This document shows positions 8,919 to 19,065 of a DNA stretch of 64,000 nt, piece after piece. A program made the position numbers and the translations under genes. The notes beneath the pieces were generated by a model. The model saw nothing but the letters and a program-made list of their open reading frames with translations, had not been told where the DNA came from and ran no database searches. How positions within the stretch are numbered: position 1 is the stretch's first letter; the number at the start of each line of letters is the position of its first letter. This DNA is from Acidimicrobiales bacterium. Its GTDB lineage: Bacteria > Actinomycetota > Acidimicrobiia > Acidimicrobiales > Bin134. Where the stretch lies: assembly GCA_965231915.1 (NCBI GenBank), contig OZ246892.1, positions 2,443,247 through 2,507,246 of the forward strand, in the 5' to 3' direction.

Positions 8919-10032
8919 CTTCTTGTTTGGTGAGGGCGTCGCGGGCCGCGGCCAGGGTCTTGCCTGCCTCAGTCTGCTCATAGAACCAGGCCTCCGCCTG
9001 CCGGGCGTCGGGGGCCGGGCCGCCGACTAACTCCAGGGCAGCCTCCTGGTAGTAGGCCCGGATGTCGTGGGCAATGGCGATGGTGTCCAGCCGGGGGCCG
9101 TACACCTCTTTCCAGTGCTCACCGGCAGCCACCCGCTCCAGGTCGGCCAGCGCCCCGGCCACACCGTCGGCGTCGATGGCCCGGCCCACCTCGGTGGCCC
9201 CCCGACGGGCCACCGCCCGGTCGTAGGCGGCCCGCAGTCCCTGGGCCTCGTCTATTGACGGTGCCAAATCAGGATCGAAGCGGGGCGGCAGCGCACAGGC
9301 CAGCGGCGTTTCTACCGCTTCCACCACTTCGGGATAGTCCACCAGTACCGGGCCCGACGGCGCGTTGAACAAGTCGAACGCCGCGGCGAGCACCCCGTGT
9401 TGGAATTGGGCGTTGTCGGGCATGCCTACTGGGCGACCCAGGGGGAACTCGCAGTACAGCACCCGGGGGACGTTCATCCGCTCAGCCACCGCCCGCATCG
9501 AGGCCAGCACCACCGTAGCGATGCCTGCTTCTTCGAGAATGTGGGCCAGCACACACACGGTGCGCGTGCACAGCGGTCAAACCGGGGTCAAGATGGCCAC
9601 GTCCACCCCATCGGCCCTCAGCTCGGCGGCCGCAGCCGGGCCGGTGTCGAGGCGCACCTCCGAAACCGTGTCGGGCTGGTTGCCGGCGAACGCCACATGG
9701 CGGGGGGCCACGCCCCCGATGGTGCCGGCGGCGGCCAATTCTTCCAACCGGTCGATGGGATACACCACGTTGTGGTCGGACACATACGCGGCACGGTCGA
9801 AATTCGAGCTCCAATGGCCCAAGATCAGCTCCCGGTCGCCCCGGTCGAGCATCCGGTAGCTGACGTCGCCCCGGCCGTCGAAACGATCCTGGTCGGCCCG
9901 GTGCAGACCCGCGCTGGTCACAATGGCAACCGTGGCCTTGGCCAGCGGCGGCGGCGAAGCCCACGGAGTGGACTCAAACTCCGGCACCGGCAAGTTCGCC
10001 ATCATGTCGCGCATCACTTGGTCACTGGACAT
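8875..10032 (-). CDS. glycine/sarcosine/betaine/D-proline reductase component-B (GrdB/PrdB, PF07355-like) family protein with in-frame TGA (9577..9579) as candidate selenocysteine
   Basis: ORFs 9577..10032 and 8875..9558 are in the same frame, separated only by a TGA. The joined sequence reads ...VDVAILTPV-U-PLCTRTVCVLAHILEEAGIATVV. The U-x-x-C-T-R context matches my recollection of the Sec site of GrdB. Confidence 0.7.
9549..9571 (-). promoter_or_regulatory. candidate SECIS-like hairpin downstream of the TGA
   Basis: An 8-bp stem (GUGCACGC / GUGUGUGC, four G-U pairs) with a 7-nt loop GCACCGU, starting 6 nt after the UGA. Confidence 0.3.
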
Positions 10033-10060
10033 GCTCTAACTCTCCCACAGCGTCGCTTCT

Positions 10061-11530
10061 TCACCCGGTGCCAGGCATGGACAATCGTGTCCGGAACTCG
10101 GCGTAGCGAGCCCGGACCTCCCGGCCGTCAACCCCAGCGGGAGGCTCGACACTCGCACCCTGGCCGAGCGCCCAGTCGACGGCCACCTCGGCGGGGCTGC
10201 GCCCAGTTGAGACCGCGGCAGCTTGGACTGCTGCCCCCAGAGCCACCGTCTCATCGTCGTCGGGCACGATGATCGCTTCGCCGTGCAGCCCCGCAGCCCT
10301 AACCCGATAGGCGGGCGATCGAGCACCGCCGCCGATGAGATGCAGCCTCCCACCGGTGCTCACCCCCGCATCCCGCAGGGCATCAAGCCCGTCGAACAGG
10401 CCGCAGAGCACGCCGTCGTGGGCGGCTAAGGCGAGCTCTTCCCTGGTGGTGTCATTGCGCAGACCCGCGAGAAGCCCGGTGGCGTTTGGCAGGTCGGGGG
10501 TGCGCTCCCCGTCGAAGTAGGGCACTAGCACCGGAGTGCTCGCGTTGTCGGCTGAGGCGAGAGCTAGATCGCCCAGCCCGGCCGAGTCGACCCCCAGCCA
10601 GCGGGCAACCGTGTCGGTGACTCGGGTGGCGTTGAGGGTGCACACCAGAGGCAGGTAGCCGCCGGATGCGTCGGCGAACCCTGCCACTGCCCCTGACGGG
10701 TCGCTGGTGGGGGTGCGGGACACGGAATAGGCAGTGCCCGATGTGCCCAGCGAGATCACCGTGTCGCCGGGCTTCAGCCCGAGGCCGAGGGCCGCACCCA
10801 TGTTGTCGCCGGTGCCGGGGCCGACCAGCGTTGAATCTGGCAACCCAAGCGCAACGGCCGCTTCGCCGGCGATTGGTCCGGCAACCTCATCAGGTCCCAA
10901 TACTTGGGGCAGCCGGGACAGCCAGCCGGCAGGATCGTCGACCACCAGCCCCAGCAAGTCAGCAGCCATCTCATTGGCGGCGGGATCGAACCAACCGGTG
11001 CCCGAAGCGTCGCCCCGGTCGGTGACGTGGGCCCCGGACAGCCGCCAAGTGAGCCAGTCGTGGGGCAGCATGATTCGGGCGATGCGGTCGGCCAGATGGG
11101 GCTCGTGCTCCAGCACCCAGGCCAGCTTGGCGATGGTGAACGACGCCAACGGCACCGAGCCGCAGCGCTGGGCCCATCCCTCCGGGCTCAAGCGGGCCAC
11201 CATGTCACGGGCTTGGGGCGCAGATGTGGTGTCGTTCCACAGCTTGGCCGGGCGCAGTACCTCACCGTCGTCGCCCACCAGCACCAGGCCGTGCTGCTGG
11301 CCGGTCACGCTGATGGCCACCACCCGGGCCCGGTCGACCTCGGTGAACTGGGCGAAGCAGGCCGCCAGTGCCTCCCACCAGGTTTGGGGATCCTGCTCGC
11401 TCACCGGCGGATCCCAGCGGGTGTGGGCATGGGGAGCGCTGGCCCGGGCCACCAACTGTCCCGAGTCGCCCACTCGCAGCTCGACTTTGGTCGACTGGGT
11501 GGACGAGTCCACCCCCGCCACCAGCACCAT
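10061..11530 (-). CDS. xylB: xylulokinase (FGGY family)
   Basis: Start [18 protein letters not shown] at the internal ATG of ORF 10061..11944. There is an ATGA overlap with the xylA stop, and FGGY motifs run throughout. Confidence 0.9.
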   Translation of the reverse strand: MVLVAGVDSSTQSTKVELRVGDSGQLVARASAPHAHTRWDPPVSEQDPQTWWEALAACFAQFTEVDRARVVAISVTGQQHGLVLVGDDGEVLRPAKLWNDTTSAPQARDMVARLSPEGWAQRCGSVPLASFTIAKLAWVLEHEPHLADRIARIMLPHDWLTWRLSGAHVTDRGDASGTGWFDPAANEMAADLLGLVVDDPAGWLSRLPQVLGPDEVAGPIAGEAAVALGLPDSTLVGPGTGDNMGAALGLGLKPGDTVISLGTSGTAYSVSRTPTSDPSGAVAGFADASGGYLPLVCTLNATRVTDTVARWLGVDSAGLGDLALASADNASTPVLVPYFDGERTPDLPNATGLLAGLRNDTTREELALAAHDGVLCGLFDGLDALRDAGVSTGGRLHLIGGGARSPAYRVRAAGLHGEAIIVPDDDETVALGAAVQAAAVSTGRSPAEVAVDWALGQGASVEPPAGVDGREVRARYAEFRTRLSMPGTG

Positions 11531-12867
11531 CAGCTCGGCGTGGTCCAGATGATGCGGTTGACCTCGTTCTCGAGGCGCTCTTGGCGACCCGACACCGGCT
11601 GCGGGCTGAGCCCGTCGGCCACTGCCTGGTCGGCCAGAGTGGCCAAGTCCACGTCGCCCTTCATGATGTCGACCCCGAGGCCCGACTCCCATTGGGCATA
11701 ACGCTGTTCCCGGGCCTGCTCGATTGTGCCATCGGCCACCATGGCCTCGGCCACCAGCAGGGAGCGGGCCAGCGTGTCGATGCCCCCGACATGGCCCCAG
11801 AACAGGTCGTCTCGGGCCATGCTCTGGCGCCGGAGCTTGGTGTCGAAGTTGAACCCTCCGGTGGAGAACCCCCCGCCCCGCACGATCTCGTACAGAGCCA
11901 GCGACAGCTCGTCCACCGAGTTGGGGAACTGGTCGGTGTCCCAACCGTTCTGGGGGTCGCCCCGGTTGGCGTCCACGCTGCCGAAGATGCCGTTGTCCAC
12001 CGCGTAGGCCACCTCATGGTGGAAGGAATGGCCTGACAAGGTGGCGTGGTTCACCTCGATGTTCACCTTGAACTCGTCCACGAGGTCGTAGCGCTCCAAG
12101 AACCCGTGGACCGAGGCGCAGTCGTAGTCGTACTGGTGCTTGGTGGGCTCTTGGGGCTTGGGCTCGAGCAGCAGTGTGCCCGAAAAGCCGATCTTGTGCT
12201 TGTGCTCGGCTACCAGGGTCAAAAAGCGAGCGAGCTGGTCGGCCTCTTGGCGCAGGCGGGTGTTGAGCAGCGTCTCGTAGCCTTCACGCCCGCCCCACAG
12301 CACGTAGTTGGCCCCGTTGAGGCGGTGGGTGGCCTCAAGCATGTGGCGCACCTGGGCTGCGGCATGGGAGAACACCTCAGGATCGGGGTTGGTGGCCGCC
12401 CCGGCGGCGTAGCGAGGATGGCTGAACAGGTTGGCGGTGCCCCACAGCAGCCGCACCCCGGTGGCCTCCATCTTGGTGGCGGCCCGCTCCACCATGGCAT
12501 CGAGGTTGGCCCGGCTCTCGGCCAGATCAGCGCCCTCGGGGGCCATGTCCACGTCGTGGAAGCAGAAGAACGGCGTGCCCAGCTTCTCGAAGAACTCGAA
12601 GGCGGCGTCCTGCTTGGCTCGAGCGGCGGCCATCGGGTCCTGCCCCGGCGCCAGCCAGGGTCGGTCGAACGTGCCATGCCCGAATATGTCGCTGCCCGGC
12701 CAGTTGAAGCTGTGCCAATAGCACACAGCAATTCTGAGATGGTCCTCCATCCGCCGCCCCAACACCTGCCGGTCGGGGTTGTAAACCCGATAGGCCAGCT
12801 GGCCAAGTCCGGCGCTACCCCCGGCATGGGCCACCGGTTCGGGAACGGTGTCAAAGAAGTCAGTCAT
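11530..12867 (-). CDS. xylA: xylose isomerase
   Basis: 445 aa. FCFHDVD, WGGREGY and [17 protein letters not shown] are hallmark XylA blocks. Confidence 0.95.
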   Translation of the reverse strand: MTDFFDTVPEPVAHAGGSAGLGQLAYRVYNPDRQVLGRRMEDHLRIAVCYWHSFNWPGSDIFGHGTFDRPWLAPGQDPMAAARAKQDAAFEFFEKLGTPFFCFHDVDMAPEGADLAESRANLDAMVERAATKMEATGVRLLWGTANLFSHPRYAAGAATNPDPEVFSHAAAQVRHMLEATHRLNGANYVLWGGREGYETLLNTRLRQEADQLARFLTLVAEHKHKIGFSGTLLLEPKPQEPTKHQYDYDCASVHGFLERYDLVDEFKVNIEVNHATLSGHSFHHEVAYAVDNGIFGSVDANRGDPQNGWDTDQFPNSVDELSLALYEIVRGGGFSTGGFNFDTKLRRQSMARDDLFWGHVGGIDTLARSLLVAEAMVADGTIEQAREQRYAQWESGLGVDIMKGDVDLATLADQAVADGLSPQPVSGRQERLENEVNRIIWTTPS

Positions 12868-12988
12868 TGTGCGGCTCCGTCACGACGAGAAATCTGCCGC
12901 GTGATTCTAAGGTTCGCCGCACGAAGCCGCTCGTTTGCGCGTACGCTGACGGAGTTGAAAACAAGCGACAAGCATGAGAGGCGGGTCC

Positions 12989-14686
12989 ATGTCTTTTCCA
13001 TCCGATCTTGAGATCGCTCGCGGGGCGAATCTCCGTCCGCTGACCGAAATCGCCGAGGAGGCTGGCATCCCAACGGAGATGCTGGAGCCCTACGGGGCGG
13101 GCGCGGCCAAGATCAGCCTGGATGCGATCGAGGCGCTAGCCGACCGACCTAGAGCCCGTTATGTGGTGGTAACGGCCATCACTCCCACTCCGCTGGGCGA
13201 GGGCAAGACCACTACCACCGTGGGGCTGGGCCAGGGCTTCGGCCACATCAACAAGCGCGCCACCATTGCCATCCGCCAGCCCTCGCTGGGTCCGACGTTC
13301 GGCATCAAGGGCGGCGCGGCCGGCGGTGGCTACAGCCAGGTGGTACCCATGGAGCTGTTCAACCTCCACCTAACCGGCGACATGCACGCGGTGACCGCAG
13401 CTCACAACATGTGCTCGGCCATGCTCGATGCCCACATCTACCACGGCAACGAGTCGGGCCTAGATCTGCACAACATCACCTGGCGCCGGGTGGTGGACAT
13501 CAACGACCGGGCCTTGCGCAACATCGTCGTGGGTCTGGGCGGGCGCCTTGACGGCGTCCCCCGGGAGAGCGGCTTCGACATCACCGCCGCCTCCGAGGTT
13601 ATGGCCACCCTGGCGCTGGCCACATCGCTGTCGGACCTGCGGGCCCGGCTGGGCCGGATCGTGGTGGGCTACACCAAAGACGGCGACCCGGTGACCGCTG
13701 AAGACCTGAAGGCCGCCGGCGCCATGGCCGTACTGTTGAAGGACGCCCTCAAGCCCAACCTGATGCAGACCCTGGAGGGCGGTGCCGCCTTGGTGCACAC
13801 CGGGCCGTTTGGCAACATCGCCACCGGCAACTCCTCCATCGTGGCCGACCGCATCGCCATCCGTACCGGCGACTTCCTGGTGACCGAGGCCGGGTTCGGC
13901 GCCGACATGGGCGCTGAGCGGTTCTTCAACATCAAGTGCCGCTACTCGGGCATCGATCCCGACGCCGCGGTGATGGTGGCCACCGTGCGGGGGCTCAAGG
14001 CCCACTCCGGCAACCACCGGATCGTGGCCGGCCGACCCCTGCCCGAAGCACTGCTGGCCGAGAACCCCGACGAGGTGCACGCCGGAGGCGACAACCTCCG
14101 CAAGCAACTGTCCAACATGAAGGCCCACGGGGTGACCCCGGTGGTGGCCATAAACGCCTTCCCCGGCGACCACGACGCCGACCTGGCCGCCATCGCCGAG
14201 ATCGCCGACGAGTACGGTGCCCGCTGCGCGATCACCACCCACTTCTCCGACGGCGGTGCGGGGGCAGCCGAGTTGGCCGAGGCAGTGGCCGAGGCCTGCG
14301 AAGAACCCAGTTCGTTCAAGGTGCTGTACGAGGACGACTTGTCGCTCAAAGACAAGATCGCCGCGGTGGCCACCACCGTGTACGGCGCCGATGATGTGGA
14401 GTATTCGGCCACCGCCAACCGCCAGCTCAACACCTACGAGTCGGCCGGCTTCGGCCACCTCCCGGTGTGCATCGCCAAGACCCACCTGTCTATCTCGTCG
14501 GACCCCTCCCTCAAGGGTGCCCCCACCGGCTGGACCCTGCCGGTGCGGGAAGTGAGGGCCTCGGTGGGCGCCGGCTTCGTGTACCCCATCTGCGGCGACA
14601 TGCGCACCATGCCCGGCCTAGGCCGCCAACCCGCCGCCATGGGCATCGACCTCGACGAGAACGGCGAGATCGTCGGCCTGAGCTGA
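12989..14686 (+). CDS. fhs: formate--tetrahydrofolate ligase
   Basis: MSFPSDLEIA...VTAITPTPLGEGKTTTTVGLGQ...PVCIAKTHLSISSDP. Confidence 0.95.
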   Translation: MSFPSDLEIARGANLRPLTEIAEEAGIPTEMLEPYGAGAAKISLDAIEALADRPRARYVVVTAITPTPLGEGKTTTTVGLGQGFGHINKRATIAIRQPSLGPTFGIKGGAAGGGYSQVVPMELFNLHLTGDMHAVTAAHNMCSAMLDAHIYHGNESGLDLHNITWRRVVDINDRALRNIVVGLGGRLDGVPRESGFDITAASEVMATLALATSLSDLRARLGRIVVGYTKDGDPVTAEDLKAAGAMAVLLKDALKPNLMQTLEGGAALVHTGPFGNIATGNSSIVADRIAIRTGDFLVTEAGFGADMGAERFFNIKCRYSGIDPDAAVMVATVRGLKAHSGNHRIVAGRPLPEALLAENPDEVHAGGDNLRKQLSNMKAHGVTPVVAINAFPGDHDADLAAIAEIADEYGARCAITTHFSDGGAGAAELAEAVAEACEEPSSFKVLYEDDLSLKDKIAAVATTVYGADDVEYSATANRQLNTYESAGFGHLPVCIAKTHLSISSDPSLKGAPTGWTLPVREVRASVGAGFVYPICGDMRTMPGLGRQPAAMGIDLDENGEIVGLS

Positions 14687-14747
14687 GAGGATTCCACTCA
14701 TCTGAGGGAACCAATCCGCCGAGTAATGCGTCTATACAGGGATAAGT

Positions 14748-17033
14748 ATGACACCGCGTGCCGGAAATCTCTTGGTCTTGGTCGGCACCTTGGTGATTCT
14801 CTCCGTCGGGGTGGCGGGTTGCGGCGCTGACAACTCCCAACCCGCAGCCCATCAGCCCGGCACCATTGCTACCGTCGCTCCCACGGCTGAATCCACTGTT
14901 CTGCCCAGCGCGTTTCCAACAGAACTCCCTACGCCGATTGCCGCACCTGCTTCGACACCGATACCTTCTCTATCAGCCACTCCCCTTCCAACTCCAATGT
15001 CGAGTCCAGATACGGCCCTTGGCCCTACGGTGGACAATTCAGAGGACTCACCTTTCCAATCCGTATCCGCTGGGGAAGACCATGTTTGTGGCCTCCGAGC
15101 AAACGGAACGGCCCATTGCTGGGGAGACAATTCACGCGGCCAACTAAATGTCCCCAATCATCTATTCCACTCAGTCTTTGCGGGCAATGGACACACCTGC
15201 GGACTACTCGCCGATAGCACGGTGGACTGTTGGGGAGGAGCATTCGAATACGAGAACTCTGAATATGCGCTTATTGAGCCTGATGGTTTGTTCCTAGATA
15301 TTTCGGCTAGGTCGAGTCAAGCATGTGGAGTGAAGATAGATCACTCCATACTGTGTTGGGGTAGTGAAGGCGGACGGGGCCAAGAAAGTTACAACTGGGA
15401 CCTTCTGGACCGGTTTGAATACGAAGCTGTCTTCGCAGGGGACGGCGAGACTTGCGGGCTGCGCTTTGACTCTCGAATGGTCTGCTGGGGGCAAAGACAT
15501 GTCCGGGCATGGAGCGGCCCTCCAGAAGGATCACACTTCACCACTGTCTCGACAGGCCAAGACCGCCACTGCGGACTGCTGGCGAACAAGAGAATTGTCT
15601 GCTGGGGTAGCACTTATTCCGGTGTGGCCCTCATTCCTGAAGGGCAATATATCGACGTCTCAAGTGGCGAAGACTTTGTTTGCGCGGTGCGGAGCGACCA
15701 AAGCATCATCTGCTTTGACAACTATGCCCCGAAAGTCGTTGCGCACATCTCTGGCCAATACGAGGCAGTGTCCGTGGGTGGGGCTCACTATTGCGGCTTG
15801 AGGGTAGACGGTACAATCGATTGCTGGAGCGGCGCATACGGGGGGCAAACTGAAGCCCCAGACGGCCAATTTGTCCACATCGCATCAGCAGGATCGGGTA
15901 CCTGTGCAGTTAGCACTGAATCTCAGGCGATGTGCTGGGGTTACGGAAGCAATCAGGAGGCAACCACAACAGGTGCCTATGTTGAAGTCGCGACCAGCGA
16001 CATCATGTCATGCGGTTTACGGGAGGACACAACAATTTCTTGCTGGAGCTCTCAGTATTTTGAGAGTGTCGACGTAGGTGAAGGAGAAATAGAAGTCAAG
16101 AGAGCCTTTGGATGGAGATCAACTTGCCACTTATCCTCAAGTGGGCATATTTCCTGTTTTGGAGACATTGCAGGTCCACCGGCCGCAATTCTCACCCCAC
16201 CTTCAGGCCCTCACATTGATCTCTTCATGGGAACCAGCTATGGCTGTGCATTGCAAGCCGACGGCAATGTGGATTGTTGGGGAGCGCACAATTGCTCCGA
16301 CCGAGAGTGCCTTGAGACGGTGCCAGACTATGAAGATGCTCCCCCGGGTATCTACACAAGATTCCCTGAAATGGATGTTGCCCCACCTTGGGGAATTGAA
16401 GGGATATGCGCATTGCGGGAGGACAAACAGGTTGTCTGCTGGAACTACGACCTGCCCGGCCTTCCGTCAGGAGAGTTCGAAAAACTCTCAGCAGGTTCAG
16501 AGCACTATTGCGGACTCAAGACTGACCGAACGGTTGCCTGCTGGGGCAACAATGGCTACGGCCAAACTATGGCTCCTAGCGGCGAGTATATGGATGTTGT
16601 TGCCAAAGTCGAGCATTCCTGCGCGCAACGAGCTGATTGGTCAGTCATTTGCTGGGGCCGTGGGTTCGATGACATGCCGGACCAGACTGAAGATTCGTTT
16701 GTGCAGATTGTCGGCAGCAAGACGCACATATGCGCACTGAAATCAGACGGGTCCAGTAGGTGCTGGGGATCAGGAGACGAGCCGCCCTTGGACAATGGCA
16801 CTGCTTCTCCCAATGACGAGACTTATACGGCGATCTCGACCGGAACCCATCATGCGTGCGGCCTGCTAGCTGATAGAGACGCAGACTGCTGGGGCGACAA
16901 CACCTACGGGCAAGCGAGTCCACCCGCTAGTCAATTCACATCGATCGCTGCCGGCTCGCTTCACACGTGCGGCCTGCGACCTGACCAAACAGTGGAGTGC
17001 TGGGGAATCCAGCCTGTCGTTCACATCGAATAG
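14748..17033 (+). CDS. RCC1-like repeat (beta-propeller) lipoprotein
   Basis: Lipobox SVGVAGCGADN, a Pro/Thr/Ser linker, then about 17 short repeats ending in C-W-G/S (HVCGLRANGTAHCWGDNSRGQ, HTCGLLADSTVDCWG, ...). The gene is visibly AT-richer than its neighbours. Confidence 0.85.
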   Translation: MTPRAGNLLVLVGTLVILSVGVAGCGADNSQPAAHQPGTIATVAPTAESTVLPSAFPTELPTPIAAPASTPIPSLSATPLPTPMSSPDTALGPTVDNSEDSPFQSVSAGEDHVCGLRANGTAHCWGDNSRGQLNVPNHLFHSVFAGNGHTCGLLADSTVDCWGGAFEYENSEYALIEPDGLFLDISARSSQACGVKIDHSILCWGSEGGRGQESYNWDLLDRFEYEAVFAGDGETCGLRFDSRMVCWGQRHVRAWSGPPEGSHFTTVSTGQDRHCGLLANKRIVCWGSTYSGVALIPEGQYIDVSSGEDFVCAVRSDQSIICFDNYAPKVVAHISGQYEAVSVGGAHYCGLRVDGTIDCWSGAYGGQTEAPDGQFVHIASAGSGTCAVSTESQAMCWGYGSNQEATTTGAYVEVATSDIMSCGLREDTTISCWSSQYFESVDVGEGEIEVKRAFGWRSTCHLSSSGHISCFGDIAGPPAAILTPPSGPHIDLFMGTSYGCALQADGNVDCWGAHNCSDRECLETVPDYEDAPPGIYTRFPEMDVAPPWGIEGICALREDKQVVCWNYDLPGLPSGEFEKLSAGSEHYCGLKTDRTVACWGNNGYGQTMAPSGEYMDVVAKVEHSCAQRADWSVICWGRGFDDMPDQTEDSFVQIVGSKTHICALKSDGSSRCWGSGDEPPLDNGTASPNDETYTAISTGTHHACGLLADRDADCWGDNTYGQASPPASQFTSIAAGSLHTCGLRPDQTVECWGIQPVVHIE

Positions 17034-17139
17034 CTGATCCACCCACTACCAGTCTGCTTCCACTCTCCAACCTGACCGGGAAACAACGGCGCAGGGCAGA
17101 TAGGCTTAATCGACCTCAGGGTGCCTCTGGGGGAAGGGG

Positions 17140-19065
17140 GTGTACATGGCGAGGCGGGAACGTTTGACCGTGCCGATGGTGCGGGACAACGGAAGCCTGC
17201 GGGAAGCGACGTGGGACGAGGCCCTGTCGCGAGCCGCGACTGGATTCAACCAGGTGCTCTCCGAGCATGGGCCGCAGGCGTTCGGGATGTTCAGCTGCTC
17301 AAAGGCCACCAACGAGATGAACTACATCGCCCAGAAGTTCATTCGCACGGTGGTGGGCTCCAACAACATCGACTCCTGCAACCGAACTTGACACGCTCCT
17401 TCGGTCGTCGGTCTGGCGACAGTGTTCGGAGCGGGAGGGGGCACTAGCTCCTACCAGGAGATCGAGGAAACCGACGTAATCCTTCTGTGGGGATCCAACG
17501 CCCGCGAGGCCCATCCCATCTTCTTCCACCACCTGCTCAAGGGCCTCGACAACGGCGCCCGCATGTACTGCGTCGACCCCCGCTATACCTCCTCGGCCCG
17601 CTTCGCCGATGTATGGGTGGGCATCGACGTGGGCACCGACATCGCCCTGGCCAACGGTATCGGCCGCGAGATCATTAGGGCTGGCCTGGCCAATCAGGAA
17701 TTCATCGCTCACTCCACCCAGGGTTTTGAGGCCTACACCGCCTCGGTGGAGCCGTTCACTCCCGATGCGGTAGCTGCCATTTGCGGTATTCCCCCCGAGG
17801 CCGTGGTGGAGATGGCCCACGCCTACGCCACTGCCGACAAAGCCCAGATCCTGTGGACCCTGGGCATAACCGAACACCACAACGCGGTCGACAACGTCTT
17901 GTCGCTGTGCAACCTGGCCCTGCTTACCGGCCATGTGGGGCGGTGGGGATCGGGCCTAGTGCCTCTGCGGGGGCAGAACAATGTGCAGGGCGGGGGCGAC
18001 ATGGGGGCCATTCCCAACAAGTTCCCCGGCTTTGCCAGCGTGGATGATCCTGACCACCAAGCCCGGTTCGAGGCTGCCTACGGCCGGTCGCTCAACCCGG
18101 TGCCAGGCTGGCATCTCACGCTGATGTTCGAGGCCATGGAGCAGGGCGACCTGCGGGCGCTGTATGTGATCGGCGAGAACCCGGCCGATTCCGAGGCCGA
18201 TGTGATCCACGCCCGGGCCCAAATGGAAAGCCTCGACATTCTGGTGGTGCAGGACATTTTGATGACCCGCACCGCGGAGATGGCCGACGTGGTTCTGCCC
18301 GCCTCGGTGGCCTGGGCGGAAAGCAACGGCACCGTCACCTCAAGCGAACGCCGGGTGCAGCGGGTGCGCCCAGCGGTGTCGCCCCCCGGCCAAGCCCGCC
18401 ACGACATTGACATCTTGTGCGACATGGCCGAGGCCATGGGTGACGAACTCGGCCCGCGGGATCCGGAGGCCGCCTGGGACGAGCTGCGCTCTTTGTCGTC
18501 GATGCACGGGGGCATGGCCTGGGAGCGCCTGGAGGCTGCTGGCGGACTGCAATGGCCGTGCCCCGACGAGGATCACCCTGGCAGCCCGTTGCTCCACGGC
18601 TGGCTGTGGGCTGATGATTTGGAAGGCCACGACCCGGCCCCCTTCTCGGTGCTTGAGCACGAGGGACCGACCGAGGAGTTGAGCGAGGAGTTCCCCCTGC
18701 GGCTCACCACGGGACGGGCTCTGGACTCCTATAACACCGGTGTGCAGAGCGGGAACTATGACTCACCGCTGCGGTTTGCCGGGCTTGACCTGAATCCGGC
18801 AGATGCGGCCGCACTGGGTATCGCCGATGGCGACCGGGTGAGGGTCTGCTCCCCCCGTGGTTCGGTGGAGATGAATGCCCGACTGGCGTCGAGCCTGCCC
18901 GCTGGGCTTGCTTTCACCACCCTGCACCAACCCGAGCTGATCGATGTCAACGTGCTCACCAACCCCGACTGGGACCCCAAATCTGGCACCGCCGAGTTCA
19001 AGGCGGCCGCCGTGAGGGTTGAGCTGGTCGAAGCCCCCGAGACTGCGGGGGCCACCGTTGGCTGA
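17140..19065 (+). CDS. fdhA: formate dehydrogenase alpha subunit, molybdopterin part only, with TGA-selenocysteine at 17389..17391
   Basis: ORFs 17140..17391 and 17422..19065 are in frame. The junction ...NNIDSCNRT-U-HAPSVVGLATVFGAGGG matches the FdhF Sec site (CARV-U-HGPSVAGL). GGAAGGGGG lies upstream of the GTG 17140 / ATG 17146 start. MGD-binding blocks follow (GSNAREAHPIFF, ADVVLPASVAWAESNGTVTSSERR). Confidence 0.85.
17404..17420 (+). promoter_or_regulatory. SECIS hairpin (fdhF-type)
   Basis: GUCGUC-GGUCU-GGCGAC: a 6-bp stem and GGUCU loop starting 13 nt after the UGA. Position and loop match the E. coli fdhF mini-SECIS (GGUUGCAGGUCUGCACC), as I recall it. Confidence 0.7.

Noticed and set aside
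11531-11944. N-terminal extension of the xylB ORF (10061..11944).
   Set aside because: It overlaps the 3' end of xylA in another frame and is Arg/Gly/Pro-rich. The FGGY N-terminus ([10 protein letters not shown]) starts at 11530 with ATGA coupling.
12868-12988. ZTP/THF-type riboswitch upstream of fhs (and of folD at 23340..23449).
   Set aside because: I looked for the conserved pfl/ZTP elements (GGGUCGUGAC...CCGCCUGGGC) and for THF riboswitch features and could not find them. The CGUCACGAC stretch is on the wrong strand and belongs to the xylA leader.
13460-14485. Long antisense ORFs opposite well-supported genes. Examples: 13460..14485, 28625..29701, 46394..47968, 48112..49254, 51155..52243, 20196..21305, 27566..28450, 58160..59134, 30564..31430 and 32026..32805.
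   Set aside because: These are typical high-GC shadow ORFs. Their composition is rich in G/R/H/P/V and no family motifs are present. Each is fully overlapped by a family-recognisable CDS on the other strand.
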